A stretch of 43,625 nt of DNA from NCBI GenBank assembly GCA_044866005.1, contig JBIOTN010000190.1, forward strand, positions 1 through 43,625. The letters run 5' to 3'. Positions 7,507 to 17,640 of this stretch are shown piece by piece (position 1 is the stretch's first letter; the number at the start of each line of letters is the position of its first letter). The stretch comes from Candidatus Rokuibacteriota bacterium. Lineage in GTDB: Bacteria > Methylomirabilota > Methylomirabilia > Rokubacteriales > DASRDR01. Below the pieces are notes generated by a model, which was given only the letters and a program-made list of their open reading frames with translations, was not told where the DNA came from and ran no database searches. The position numbers and the translations under genes are program-made.

Positions 7507-7971
7507 GTGGGGCTGAAGAAGCTCGGGCACGTCGTGCTGAAGGTCCGGGACCTCGACCGCGCGGAGGCCTTCTACACTGACGTCGTCGGTCTCCGGGTGA
7601 CGGGTCGCTTGCCCGGCCGGATGGTGTTCTTCAGCGTGCCCGGCAACGGGGACTCGCACGACCTGGCCGTCTGGAAGGTCGGCGCTGACGCCGCCCCGCA
7701 GGTCCCGAAGCAGGTCGGCCTCTTCCACGTCGCCTGGCAGGTGGACCGCCCGGAGGACCTCGAGACGCTCTACCGTCACCTCGAGGCGAAGGGCGTGACC
7801 CTGCACGGGACGATGAACCACGGCGCCAACCTGTCCGTGTACTTCGAGGACCCCGACGGCCACATGCTCGAGTTCACGTACGAGCAGGGGCGCGAGGCGT
7901 GGCCCGCGGGCCGGAACCCGTTTGCCGGGCGCGACCCGCTGCCCTTCGACCAGGGGGCCGCGGCGCATTGA
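7507..7971 (+). CDS. VOC (glyoxalase/extradiol dioxygenase-like) protein
   Basis: LGHVVLKVRDL..AEAFY..VVGL, HDLA, GLFHVAW, SVYFEDPDGHMLE. RBS GGGAGG. Confidence 0.88.
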   Translation: MGLKKLGHVVLKVRDLDRAEAFYTDVVGLRVTGRLPGRMVFFSVPGNGDSHDLAVWKVGADAAPQVPKQVGLFHVAWQVDRPEDLETLYRHLEAKGVTLHGTMNHGANLSVYFEDPDGHMLEFTYEQGREAWPAGRNPFAGRDPLPFDQGAAAH

Positions 7972-8101
7972 ACCGGCCGGCAGCGGCCACGACGCCCTGC
8001 CGCGGCTCTGACGACGTCGAGACCCCCGGGACGATCCACCGGGAACCGGTCGGCCGGCCCAGGCACTCCCGCGCCGGCGTGGCGGGACGGCTCGGGCGCG
8101 C

Positions 8102-9028
8102 GTGAGCGGGATGGAGCACGTGCGGTTTGCCGTCCCGTTTCAGACCGTCTTCTATACCCCCCACTACCTGGCGCGCGCGCTCGATCTCTTCGCGCGCGAA
8201 GGCCTCGAGGTCGCGCACGCGGCCGCGACGCCGGACGGCTTGGCGCGCGCCCTGCTGGCGGGCGAAGCGGACATCGGGCTCTCCGGCCCCCTCCGGGCTC
8301 TGGGCGCCCTGGACCGGGGACAGGCGCCGCTCGTGTGCGTGGCCGAGGTGTGTAGCCGGGTGGGGTTCTTCCTTCTCGGCCGCGGCCCCGTGCGCGACTT
8401 TGCCTGGCGCGATCTGGCGGGCCGGCGGGTGCTGGTCTTCGCCGAGACCCCGATGCCGCGGCTCTGTCTCGAGTACCTGCTGGAGCGGCACGGGATGGGC
8501 CTGGGCCGGGTCGACCTCGCCACGGATCTCCCCAGCCCACTGGCGGTGGAGCACTTCCTGGCGGACCGGGCCGACTACCTCCTGCAGGGCCAGCCGGTCG
8601 CCGAGCGCCTGATGGACGGCGGGCGCGCGCACCTGGCGGCGTCGCTCGGCTCCGCGCTCGGCCCCGTCGCCGGGAGCGCCTACCTCGTCACGCCTCGGTT
8701 TCTGGCCGAGCGCCCGCACGTCGTCGACGCGGCGCTGCGCGCGCTCTACCGCGCGCAGCGCTGGCTCGCTGGCCACACGCCCGAAGAGATCGCCGCCCAG
8801 GTCGCGCCCGCCTGCCCCGACGACGAGCCGGCCATCGTCGTCGCAGCGATCCGCCGGTACCTCGCCGGCCGGACGTGGGCGGCCGATCCGGTCCTGCGCC
8901 GCCCGGCCTTCGACGCGCTCCAGGAGATCGTCCTGCTGCGGGGATTCGTGAAGCGGAGCCACCCCTACGAGGAGGTCGTCGACACCGCGCACGCCGAGGC
9001 GGCCGTCCGTGCGGTGGACGGCGGCTGA
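8102..9028 (+). CDS. SsuA/NMT1-type solute-binding protein (no evident signal peptide)
   Basis: FYTPHYLA...F..EGLEV, ALLAGEADI, F-W-DL-G, ALYRAQRW; type II periplasmic-binding fold pattern. Confidence 0.7.
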   Translation: MSGMEHVRFAVPFQTVFYTPHYLARALDLFAREGLEVAHAAATPDGLARALLAGEADIGLSGPLRALGALDRGQAPLVCVAEVCSRVGFFLLGRGPVRDFAWRDLAGRRVLVFAETPMPRLCLEYLLERHGMGLGRVDLATDLPSPLAVEHFLADRADYLLQGQPVAERLMDGGRAHLAASLGSALGPVAGSAYLVTPRFLAERPHVVDAALRALYRAQRWLAGHTPEEIAAQVAPACPDDEPAIVVAAIRRYLAGRTWAADPVLRRPAFDALQEIVLLRGFVKRSHPYEEVVDTAHAEAAVRAVDGG

Positions 9029-9039
9029 GGAGACGCACG

Positions 9040-10200
9040 ATGGAGTTCAGCCTCACCGAGGAGCAGCGCCGCTACCAGGCGCTCGTCCGCGAGTTCGCCG
9101 AGAAGGAGGTGGCGCCTCACGTCCGGGACTACGATCGCGCGGAGCGCTATCCGGTCGAGATCGTGAAGAAGATGGCCGCGCTCGGCTTCATCGGCGGGAC
9201 GATTCCCGAGCAGTACGGCGGCGCCGGCCTCGACCACCTCACCATGGCGCTGGGCATCGAGGAGATGTCGCGGGTCTGCATCCACATGGGCTCGGCCATG
9301 GGCCGGGCTTCCGGCCTGGTCGGGGCCGGCATCCTGGAGTTCGGGACGGACGCGCAGAAGCGGAAGTACCTCGTTCCCGTCGCGCGCGGGGACGTGTTCG
9401 CCGGCACCGCCGTCACCGAGCCCCACTCGGGGACCGACGTGGCCGCGATGGAGACGACCGCCGTCCGGAAGGGCGGCGAGTACATCCTGACCGGCTCGAA
9501 GATCTGGATCTCCGGGGTCGGTCTCGCCGCCTGGTACCTGACCTTCGCGACCGTCGACCGGAGCCGGGGCGCGAAGGGCATCTGCGCCTTCATCGTCGAG
9601 ACGACCTTTCCCGGCTTCAGCGAGCGGCCGATCCGCAACAAGCTCGCCTTCCGCCCGACGCAGGTCGGCGAGCTCGTCTTCGAGGAGTGTCGCGTGCCGG
9701 CCGAGAACCTCGTCGGACGGGAAGGGGAGGGGCTCAAGGTGGCGCTCTGCGCCGTGGAGAACGGGCGACTATCGGTCGCCTGCCGCGCCGTGGGGCTGGC
9801 CCAGGCGTGCCTGGACGAGTCGGCGCGCTACGCCCGCCAGCGCGTGGTCTTCGGGAAGCCGATCGCGCACTACCAGCTCGTCCAGGCCAAGATCGCCGAC
9901 ATGGTGCTCGGGGTGGAGTCCGCCCGGTACCTCGCGTATCGGCTCGCCTGGCTCAAGAGCCAGGGCGTCAAGCGCGCCCGCCGCGAAGCCTCGGTCGCGA
10001 AGCTCTACGCGACCGAGGCCGCCTTCCGCGCCGCGGCCGACGCCGTCCAGATCCACGGCGCCTACGGGGCGTCCGAGGAGTACAACGTCGGCCGGTACCT
10101 CCGGGACGCCAAGTTCCTCCAGGTCGTGGAGGGCGTCAACGACATCCACCGGGTCCTCGTCGCCGAGCACGCCCTGGGTCTGCGCGAGGATCCCCGGTGA
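9040..10200 (+). CDS. Acyl-CoA dehydrogenase
   Basis: IPEQYGGAG, TEPHSGTD, GSKIWIS, R..FGKPI, QIHGAYG, RDAK...VVEG. RBS GAGGAG before ATG 9040. Confidence 0.92.
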   Translation: MEFSLTEEQRRYQALVREFAEKEVAPHVRDYDRAERYPVEIVKKMAALGFIGGTIPEQYGGAGLDHLTMALGIEEMSRVCIHMGSAMGRASGLVGAGILEFGTDAQKRKYLVPVARGDVFAGTAVTEPHSGTDVAAMETTAVRKGGEYILTGSKIWISGVGLAAWYLTFATVDRSRGAKGICAFIVETTFPGFSERPIRNKLAFRPTQVGELVFEECRVPAENLVGREGEGLKVALCAVENGRLSVACRAVGLAQACLDESARYARQRVVFGKPIAHYQLVQAKIADMVLGVESARYLAYRLAWLKSQGVKRARREASVAKLYATEAAFRAAADAVQIHGAYGASEEYNVGRYLRDAKFLQVVEGVNDIHRVLVAEHALGLREDPR

Positions 10201-10395
10201 GCCCCGCGCCCATACCCGTCGCCTCTCGGCGTCCCGCATCACGGCCGAAACGCGCTCGTCCGGCGGCCTCGCGGCCGTCCCGGCCTCTGGGGGCCTCGTC
10301 CCGCCTCCTCATAGGGCTGGGTGGGGGGGCCGGCATACGCCTCGGCGCGCCTCGGGCCTGCGTCCTTGATCTGCTCGGGTCTCGACGCGGGCGCG
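10201..10395. repeat. Mosaic R2 repeat element
   Basis: Shares CCCGTCGC-TCTCGGCGTCC-GCATC-CGGCCGAAACGCGCTCG with 32180-32225, and GGCGGCCTCGCGGCCGTCCCGGCCTC and CTCGGGCCTGCGTCCTTGA-CTGCTCGGG with 32582-32670. Confidence 0.8.
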
Positions 10396-10405
10396 GGGAG
10401 ACGAC

Positions 10406-12550
10406 GTGAGCGGAGGCGGCTCGCTCGCGCGGCTGTTCGCGCCGCGCGCCGTCGCGCTGGTGGGTGTGCCGGGCGACCTCGGGCGACCGGGCGCGCGCCC
10501 GCTCCACTTCCTCCGTCGGCACGGCTATGGCGGGCGGATCCACCCCGTCAATCCCGGTCGCCGGGAGATCGGCGGCCTGCCCGCTCACCCCACCATCGCC
10601 GCGGTGCCGGAGCCGGTGGACGTGGCCTGGATCGGGCTGCCTGCCGCGCAGGCCGCCCAGGCGGTCCGAGAGTGCGGCGCCGCGGGCGTGCCGTTCGCGA
10701 TCGTGCTCGGCGCCGGGTTCGCGGAGGCCGGCGAGCAAGGCGAGGCCGAGCAGGTCCGCCTCCGGGAGGTGGCGCGCGAGACGGGCGTCCGGCTCGTCGG
10801 TCCGAACACCGTGGGGTTCGTCAACGCCTGGGACCGCGTGGCGCTGACGTTCTCGACCGTGGGGGAGCTCGACAGCCTCGTCGGGGGGCCGCTCGTCCTC
10901 CTCTCCCAGTCGGGCGGCCTGGGCGGCTGTCTCGTCAACCGCGCGATGGACCGCGCGCTCGGGATCGGCCTCTTCGTGTCGACCGGCAACGAGGCGGACC
11001 TCGGGCTCGCCGATTGTCTGGAGTGGGCGCTCGACGACGGACGGGCCCGCGCGGTCGCGTGCCTGATCGAGCAGGTTCGCGAGCCCGACCGCTTCGCGCG
11101 GGTCGCGGCCCGCGCCCTCGCGCAGGGTGTGCCGGTGGTCGCGCTGAAGCTCGGCGGCTCGGAGACCGGGACACGGGCCGCGCGCTCGCACACGGGCTCC
11201 CTCGTCGGGGCGCGCGACGCCTGGCGCGCCTGGGCGCGCGCCGTCGGCGTGCTCGAGGCGCAGGAGCTCGACGAGCTCGTGACCACCGCGGCCTTCCTGG
11301 CCCGCACGCCGCCCCTCCAGGGGAACCGGGCCGGCATGGCCACCTCGTCCGGCGGCATCGCCGTCATGCTGGCCGACGCGCTGGAGCCGTGCGGCGTGGT
11401 CTTCCCGCCGCTCGCCCCGGAGACGGCGGCGCGCGTCGGCGTGCTCCTCCCTGGCTACGCCACGGTCGGGAACCCGCTCGACGTCACCGCCGGGCTGCCC
11501 GAGGAGACGTTCGGCGCCGTGCTCGCGGCCATGCTCGCCGACCCCGGTCTGGACCTGGTGCTCGTGCCGCTCACGATGGCCACGGCCGAGGGCGGCCGCG
11601 CGCGGGCCGAGCAGGTGGTGAAGGCGACGCGCGCCGGGGCCAAGCCGGTCGCGGTCTGCTGGCCCGGCGGCAGCCTCGTCGCCCGCGGGGCCCGCGCCCT
11701 CGCAGAGGCGGGAGTCCCCGTCTTCGACTCGGTCGCGGGCAGCGCGGCGGCGGTGGGCGCCTCGGTCGCGTACCGCGGCATGCGCCGGACGGCCCGTGTC
11801 GTGAGTCGGCCGCCGGCGCTCGCCTTGCCGGCCGTGCCGGAGCGGGAGGGCGCCCTGGACTGGGCGGCGGTCCGGTCGGTCCTCACCGCGGCGGGTCTCC
11901 CGCTCGTCGCGGAGGCGGTCGTCCGGACCGAGGCCGAGGTCGCGGCCGCCGGCCTCCGCTATCCGGCGGTGGTGAAGGCCCTCGGCCCCCTCCACAAGAC
12001 GGACGCGGACGGCGTGCGCCTCCGGCTGCCGGACCTCGACGCGGTCGTCGCCGCCGTCCGCGAGCTCGGCCCGCGGGGCGAGGGGTGCCTGATCCAGCCG
12101 ATGGTGGAGGGCGTCGAGGTGCTGGTCGGCGCGCTGCGCGACGCCGGCCTCGGGCCCTTCGTCGTCGTGGCCCCCGGGGGCGTCCACGCCGAGCTCTACG
12201 GCGAGCGCGCGATGCGGCCGGCGCCGATCGGCGTGACGGAGGCCGAGGAGATGCTCGCCGAGATGCCCGCGCTCGCCGCGCTGCTCCGGGGCTACCGCGG
12301 GCGGCCTCCTGCCGATCGCGCGGCGCTCGCCGACGCGGTCGTCCGCCTGTCCGCGCTGGCGGTCGCCCTGGGGCGGCGGCTCGGCGAGCTCGAGCTGAAC
12401 CCGCTGATCGTCGGGCCGGAAGGCGCGGGGGCCACCGTCGTAGACGCCCGGATCGTCCTCGCCGCGGGCCGGGCGGCGGCGCCGGTGGGGGAGGCGACGC
12501 CCGGTCGCGGGCCGGCGACCACGTCCCGTCGGGCAGGGAGGCCGGCATGA
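10406..12550 (+). CDS. ADP-forming acetate/acyl-CoA ligase family protein (fused alpha-beta)
   Basis: LFAPRAVALVG, RLVGPNTVG, SQSGG, STGNEAD, phospho-His motif AARSHTGSL, NPLD, HKTD..GV, ELELNPL. Confidence 0.88.
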   Translation: MSGGGSLARLFAPRAVALVGVPGDLGRPGARPLHFLRRHGYGGRIHPVNPGRREIGGLPAHPTIAAVPEPVDVAWIGLPAAQAAQAVRECGAAGVPFAIVLGAGFAEAGEQGEAEQVRLREVARETGVRLVGPNTVGFVNAWDRVALTFSTVGELDSLVGGPLVLLSQSGGLGGCLVNRAMDRALGIGLFVSTGNEADLGLADCLEWALDDGRARAVACLIEQVREPDRFARVAARALAQGVPVVALKLGGSETGTRAARSHTGSLVGARDAWRAWARAVGVLEAQELDELVTTAAFLARTPPLQGNRAGMATSSGGIAVMLADALEPCGVVFPPLAPETAARVGVLLPGYATVGNPLDVTAGLPEETFGAVLAAMLADPGLDLVLVPLTMATAEGGRARAEQVVKATRAGAKPVAVCWPGGSLVARGARALAEAGVPVFDSVAGSAAAVGASVAYRGMRRTARVVSRPPALALPAVPEREGALDWAAVRSVLTAAGLPLVAEAVVRTEAEVAAAGLRYPAVVKALGPLHKTDADGVRLRLPDLDAVVAAVRELGPRGEGCLIQPMVEGVEVLVGALRDAGLGPFVVVAPGGVHAELYGERAMRPAPIGVTEAEEMLAEMPALAALLRGYRGRPPADRAALADAVVRLSALAVALGRRLGELELNPLIVGPEGAGATVVDARIVLAAGRAAAPVGEATPGRGPATTSRRAGRPA

Positions 12551-14097
12551 GCGTCGGCGTTCCGTCGGCCCGGGCCCGGCCGGCGGCGCGGCCGGCGGCG
12601 GCCGGCGGCGTGGCGCCCTGGTTCGTGGCGCTCCTGTCCGCCTACTGCCTCGCGCATCTCGCGGTCCGCCTCCTCGCCCCGGGGGCCGTGCAGCACGACG
12701 AGGCCGAACAGCTCCTGCTGAGCCAGTCTGTGGCCGCGGGGTACGGCGTGCACCCGCCGCTCTACACGTGGCTCCAGCGCGGCTTCGTCGCGGCCTTCGG
12801 GCCCGGCGTCTTCGCCCTCGCGCTTCTCAAGAGCCTGCTCCTCTTCGGCACCTATCTCTTCACGTTCCTCAGCGCCCGCCTGCTGCTCGGCGACGACGTC
12901 CGGGCGCTCCTGGCGGCCTTCTCCCTCTCGCTCCTGCCGCCGATCGGCTGGGAGGCGCACCGGGACCTGAGCCATTCGGTGCTCGCCACGAGCCTGGCGG
13001 CGGCGAGCGTCTGGGTCCTGCTGAGGCTCTTGCGCGAGGGCGCCACCCGTCACTACGTGATCCTGGGGCTCCTGCTGGGGCTCGCGGCCCTCGCCAAGTA
13101 CCACATGGTCCTCTTCGGGGCGAGCCTCGTCCTGGCGGTCGTCTCGCTGCCGGGGCTGCGGGGGCGGCTGCTCGACCGGCGGATGCTCCTCGGCGTCGGA
13201 GTGGCGGCGCTCGTGCTCGCGCCCCACCTGGTGTGGCTCGCCGGGCACCTCGCGCTCACCTCGAGCGGCATCGCGGAGAAGCTCCGGCTCGGCCAGGAAG
13301 GCGGCCGCGTCGAGGCGGGGGCCAAGGGCGTCCTCCACCTGATCTGGGCGACGCTGCTCGTCACGCCCCCGCTCGTCTCGGTGTTCTTCCTCTTCTTCCC
13401 GCGCGCCGTCGGCGGAGGAGAGGGGCGGATCTCCGATGCGCTCGAGCCCCGCCGGCTCCTGGCCCGGTTCTTCCTCGTGGCGGCCGGCCTGCTGGCCCTG
13501 GCCGCGGTCCTGATCCGCGTCACGACGTTCGAGGGGCGCTGGCTCGGACCGTTCCTGCTCCTGCTGCCCCTCTACCTGTTCCTCCGACTGCCGGCTGGGG
13601 ACGTCGGCGCCGGCCGGCTTCGCCGCTTCGGCTATCTCCTCGCGGCGCTCGCGGTCGTCACCGTGCTGGTGCGCGTCGGCGAAGTCTGGGCGGGCCCCCG
13701 GTTCGGGATCCATTCGCGGCTCCACATCCCCTTCGCCGCCCTGGCCGAGGAGGTGAGGGCCGCGGGGTTCGCCGGAGGGACGATCGTCGCCGAAAACCGC
13801 ATCATCGGCGGGAACCTCCGCCTCCATTTCCCGGACGCCCGCGTCCTCACGGCGGATCTGGCCTATCTCCAGCCGCCGGCCCGGCGGGAACCCGGCCAGT
13901 GCCTGGTGGTCTGGAACCGCGTGCGCAGCGATGAGACGCCTGCGGCGCTCGAGCGCTTCCTCCGCATCAGGCTGGAGGCCCGGGTCCTCGACGGGTACGA
14001 GCCCGGCCAGGCGCGGGCGCGCCTGCCGGGGCGCGCCGCGCCGGTCTACGAGCTCGCCTTCATGAGGTTTCCCCGCGGCATCGGCACCTGCCGGTGA
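12547..14097 (+). CDS. GT-C membrane glycosyltransferase (ArnT/PMT_2, GT39-like)
   Basis: HDEAEQ acidic motif, GY...PPLYTW, LAKY and many TM segments. ATGA overlap with the upstream gene. Confidence 0.8.
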   Translation: MSVGVPSARARPAARPAAAGGVAPWFVALLSAYCLAHLAVRLLAPGAVQHDEAEQLLLSQSVAAGYGVHPPLYTWLQRGFVAAFGPGVFALALLKSLLLFGTYLFTFLSARLLLGDDVRALLAAFSLSLLPPIGWEAHRDLSHSVLATSLAAASVWVLLRLLREGATRHYVILGLLLGLAALAKYHMVLFGASLVLAVVSLPGLRGRLLDRRMLLGVGVAALVLAPHLVWLAGHLALTSSGIAEKLRLGQEGGRVEAGAKGVLHLIWATLLVTPPLVSVFFLFFPRAVGGGEGRISDALEPRRLLARFFLVAAGLLALAAVLIRVTTFEGRWLGPFLLLLPLYLFLRLPAGDVGAGRLRRFGYLLAALAVVTVLVRVGEVWAGPRFGIHSRLHIPFAALAEEVRAAGFAGGTIVAENRIIGGNLRLHFPDARVLTADLAYLQPPARREPGQCLVVWNRVRSDETPAALERFLRIRLEARVLDGYEPGQARARLPGRAAPVYELAFMRFPRGIGTCR

Positions 14098-14149
14098 GTC
14101 GGGGGGAGCGAGTCCGGCGCGGTTGGGTGGGCCCGGTGGCCGGAGGCGA

Positions 14150-14155
14150 TATAAT
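14150..14155 (+). promoter_or_regulatory. -10 element upstream of the moxR operon
   Basis: Perfect TATAAT about 45 nt before the ATG in otherwise very GC-rich DNA; no clear -35. Confidence 0.45.
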
Positions 14156-14199
14156 GGAGCGACGACCGATCCGGGACTCCGACGCCCAGGAGGGGTGAG

Positions 14200-15210
14200 A
14201 TGACCGAGGCGCGGGTCGAGGCCTTCGTTCGCGGCTACGAGCGACTCAACAGCGAGGTTCACAGGGTCATCGTCGGGCACCAGGAGATCGTCGATCAGGT
14301 GCTCGTGTGCCTCTTCGCCGGTGGCCACGTGCTGCTGGAAGGGGTCCCCGGACTCGGCAAGACGCTGCTCGTCCGGACGCTGGCGGGCTGTCTCGACCTC
14401 ACCTTCTCGCGGATCCAGTTCACCCCCGACCTCATGCCGGCGGACATCATCGGCACCAACATCATCGTGGAGGACGCCGAGGGCCGCCGGCACTTCCAGT
14501 TCCAGCGCGGGCCGATCTTCGCCCACGTGGTCCTCGCCGACGAGGTGAACCGCGCGACGCCGAAGACCCAGTCGGCCCTGCTGGAGGGGATGCAGGAGGG
14601 GAACGTCACGGTCTCCGGGGTCGGGCATCGCCTGCCCGCGCCCTTTTTCGTCCTGGCCACCCAGAACCCGATCGAGATGGAAGGGACCTACCCCCTGCCC
14701 GAGGCGCAGCTCGACCGCTTCCTGTTCAAATTGAAGGTGCGCTATCCGGCCATCGAGGAGCTCAACGAGATCGTGGACCGGACCACCCGCGCCGAGGAGC
14801 CGACCATCGGCCAGGTCATGTCGGGCGACGAGGTCCTGGCGTTCCGGGAGCTCGTCCGCGAGGTCCCGATCGCGACCCACGTGCGGAATCTGGCCTCGCT
14901 CGCCGTGATGGCGACCCACCCGCAGTGGGAGGGCGCCCCCGAGGTGACGCGCCGCTACCTCCGCTACGGTGCCAGCCCGCGCGCGGCGCAGGCGCTCGTG
15001 CTCGGCGGTAAGGTTCTTGCACTGCGTGCTGGCCGGTTCAACGTGAGCGCGGAAGACATCAAGTCGATCGCCCTGCCGGCCATGCGTCACCGCGTCATCC
15101 TGAACTTCGAGGGCGAAGCGGAGGGGATCGACGAGGACCGGCTCATCCTGGAGGTGTTGGAAGCCGCGGAGGCAGCCACCCGGGAGGGCAAGGAGGTGTT
15201 CCTCCGCTAG
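14200..15210 (+). CDS. moxR: MoxR-family AAA+ ATPase
   Basis: GHVLLEGVPGLGKT, RIQFTPDLMPADIIG, LADEVNRATPKTQSALLE, ATQNPIEMEGTYPLPEAQLDRF, GASPR. Confidence 0.95.
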   Translation: MTEARVEAFVRGYERLNSEVHRVIVGHQEIVDQVLVCLFAGGHVLLEGVPGLGKTLLVRTLAGCLDLTFSRIQFTPDLMPADIIGTNIIVEDAEGRRHFQFQRGPIFAHVVLADEVNRATPKTQSALLEGMQEGNVTVSGVGHRLPAPFFVLATQNPIEMEGTYPLPEAQLDRFLFKLKVRYPAIEELNEIVDRTTRAEEPTIGQVMSGDEVLAFRELVREVPIATHVRNLASLAVMATHPQWEGAPEVTRRYLRYGASPRAAQALVLGGKVLALRAGRFNVSAEDIKSIALPAMRHRVILNFEGEAEGIDEDRLILEVLEAAEAATREGKEVFLR

Positions 15211-15238
15211 GCTCTGATCCGTCCGGCAAGGAGGCCCC

Positions 15239-16696
15239 ATGGAAGAGGGCGCGGCGCTCCATCTCGCGATCCAGCGGCTGGCGAGGCTGATTCGGCAGCG
15301 GCGTGCGGTCTTCTACGGCCTCCGCGGCCTGGGGTGGGGCCTCGGGCTGGCGGTGCTACCGGTGCTGCTGCGGTCGGTCATCGGGCCGGCCGCCTTCTTC
15401 GTGGCGGGCGGCCTGGCGGCCGCCGGTCTCCTTGTCGGGTTCGGCTACGGGCTGACACTGCGCGTGCCGCCCGCGGATCTGGCCCGCCTCGCCGACCGCA
15501 CCTTCGCGCTCCACGACCGCCTCGCCACCGCGCTCGAGCTTCTCGACGGCCGAGCGGCAAGCCCGCTCGCCGGCTTCGCCATCCGGGACGCGGTGGCGCG
15601 CGCCGCGGGCCTCGAGCTCCGGCGGGCCGTTCCCTGGCGCTGGCCTCGCGAGCTCCGGTTCGTCCCGGTCCCCGTCCTGGCGCTCGCCGTGCTCCCCTAT
15701 CTGCCCCCGCTCCCGGTGCCGGAAGAGCTCTTTCCGCCGCTGACTCCGGCCGAGGAGCCGGCCAAGGAGCCGGAGAAGGCCCAGGCGCCGCAGGTGGCCG
15801 ACCGTCCCCTCGCCAGGCGGCCGGAGCGCACCGAGCGGGTGGAGTTTCAGGACCGGGACTACCAGCAGCGGCCGAACCCCGGCGCCGACCACGCCAAGGG
15901 CGACCTGGCCGCGGTCTTCAAGGACACGAGCGTGGCCCAGAAGCGGCCGGATTTCTCGAGCTTCCTCAAACAGGGGGACGACCGTTTGCGTCTCCTGGAG
16001 CGGACGGACGCCCTGCCCGACCTCCAGCGCGACTTCACCCAGACGCCGTACAAGGTCATGTTCCGCAAGTCGCGCAGCCTGCTGGGCGGCATGGATCCGA
16101 ACCGCCTCTCGCCCGAGCGGATGCGGCAGCTCCTCGACGAGATGAGCCGGATGGGTCGCCGTGGCCAGCCGGGGGGGGAGGGCGACTTCGGTCAGGAGCT
16201 CATGGAGGGCTCCGAGGCGCTCGAGCAGGGCCAGATGTCCCGGGCGCTCGACGCGATGGAGCGGGCGCTCAACAAGCTCCGGGAGATGGAAGAGCGGGAA
16301 CGGGGCGGCAAGGGGCTCGAGGGCGGCCGCGACCGCGGGGGGAAAGGACGCGACGGCCGCGCCGGGCGCGGGGGCGAGTCCGACCCGGACTTCGGCGACG
16401 CCGAGGGCTCGCTGCCGGGCAAGGGGACGAATCCGCAGTGGCGGGGGGACCCGAGCGCGCGGCTCGGCCAGAGCCCCATCGACATGGGCGTGGAGGGGCA
16501 GACCCGTCGGGGGCGGAAGGAGGCCTACGACACGAACATGATCGGGCGCGGGGCCCAGAACCCCTCGCGGCTGCCCTACATGAGCGTGTACTCGCAGTAC
16601 CGGAAAATGATGGAGGACGCGCTAGCGAAGGAGAGCATTCCGTTCGACTATCGCACGCAGGTCAAGGAGTACTTCCAGTCCCTCGAGGAGCGGTGA
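15239..16696 (+). CDS. MoxR-operon membrane protein with charged/Gly-rich C-terminal region
   Basis: N-terminal TM helices, L-DRLATALE, and a C-terminal IP..YR..VKEYF typical of MoxR-locus accessory proteins. Confidence 0.7.
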   Translation: MEEGAALHLAIQRLARLIRQRRAVFYGLRGLGWGLGLAVLPVLLRSVIGPAAFFVAGGLAAAGLLVGFGYGLTLRVPPADLARLADRTFALHDRLATALELLDGRAASPLAGFAIRDAVARAAGLELRRAVPWRWPRELRFVPVPVLALAVLPYLPPLPVPEELFPPLTPAEEPAKEPEKAQAPQVADRPLARRPERTERVEFQDRDYQQRPNPGADHAKGDLAAVFKDTSVAQKRPDFSSFLKQGDDRLRLLERTDALPDLQRDFTQTPYKVMFRKSRSLLGGMDPNRLSPERMRQLLDEMSRMGRRGQPGGEGDFGQELMEGSEALEQGQMSRALDAMERALNKLREMEERERGGKGLEGGRDRGGKGRDGRAGRGGESDPDFGDAEGSLPGKGTNPQWRGDPSARLGQSPIDMGVEGQTRRGRKEAYDTNMIGRGAQNPSRLPYMSVYSQYRKMMEDALAKESIPFDYRTQVKEYFQSLEER

Positions 16697-17640
16697 TGCG
16701 CCGGACAGCCGGCGACGCGACCGCCGGGGGAAGCTCCGCCGGGCCCGCGGCCCGGGCCACGCGCTTCTTCTCCAACGCCTTCCTCATGCAGCTCGAGCGC
16801 CTGACGTTCGTCTCCCGCCGCACCCACGTCGGGCGGGTCAAGGGCGAGCGCAAGAGCCCGCGGCGCGGCTCGAGCGTCGAGTTCGCGGATTACCGCCCCT
16901 ACGAGATCGGGGACGATCTCCGCTACGTGGACTGGAACGCCTTCGCCCGGCTCAACCGTCTCTACCTCAAGGTCTTCGTCGACGAGGAGGACCTCTGCAT
17001 CCACCTCATCCTCGACGGCAGCGCCTCCATGGACTTCGGGGACGCCGGGCGGCCGACGAAGTTCAGCTACGCGCTGCGGCTGGCCGCCGCCCTCGCCTTC
17101 ATCGGGTTCGCGAACCTCGAGCGCGTCGGGGTGGCGGTCTTCCGCGACCGCGTGTCGGAGGGGTGGCTCCCGACGCGCGGCCGCAACCAGTTCCTGCCGG
17201 TCGAGCAGTTCCTGAGCGCGCTCGTGCCGGCGGGGCCGACCCGCTTCAACGAGTCAGTCCGACAGTACGCGCTGCGGGCCAAGGACGCCGGGGTCGCCAT
17301 CGTGATCTCCGACTTCCTCGACCCGGCGGGGTACGAGGAGGGCCTGCGCGCCCTGATGGAGCGGCGCTTCGACATCCACGTGGTCCACCTGCTCTCGCGC
17401 GAGGAGCTCGATCCGGCCTTCGGCGGCGACCTCGAGCTGGTCGACGCGGAGTCCGGAGAGGCGCGGCAGGTGTCCGTGGACGCGGACGCGCTGCGCGCCT
17501 ACCACAGGCAGCTCAGCGCCTTCCTGGCCGGGGTGGAGGGCTTCTGCCGAGCGAAGGAGATCAACTACATCCGGGTCTCCACCGACGTGCCGCTCGACGA
17601 CCTGCTGCTGCGCCGCTTGAAGGGAAGCCTGCTGCAGTGA
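16696..17640 (+). CDS. DUF58 (VWA-like) MoxR partner
   Basis: G-SVEFADYRPYEIGDDLRYVDWN, LILDGSASM, ISDF. ATG overlaps the upstream stop. Confidence 0.92.
   Translation: MRRTAGDATAGGSSAGPAARATRFFSNAFLMQLERLTFVSRRTHVGRVKGERKSPRRGSSVEFADYRPYEIGDDLRYVDWNAFARLNRLYLKVFVDEEDLCIHLILDGSASMDFGDAGRPTKFSYALRLAAALAFIGFANLERVGVAVFRDRVSEGWLPTRGRNQFLPVEQFLSALVPAGPTRFNESVRQYALRAKDAGVAIVISDFLDPAGYEEGLRALMERRFDIHVVHLLSREELDPAFGGDLELVDAESGEARQVSVDADALRAYHRQLSAFLAGVEGFCRAKEINYIRVSTDVPLDDLLLRRLKGSLLQ

Noticed and set aside
10321..12546. 1258-aa ORF as a fusion protein
   Set aside because: Only the part from ATG 12547 is GT39-like; the upstream part is an off-frame shadow of the CoA ligase.
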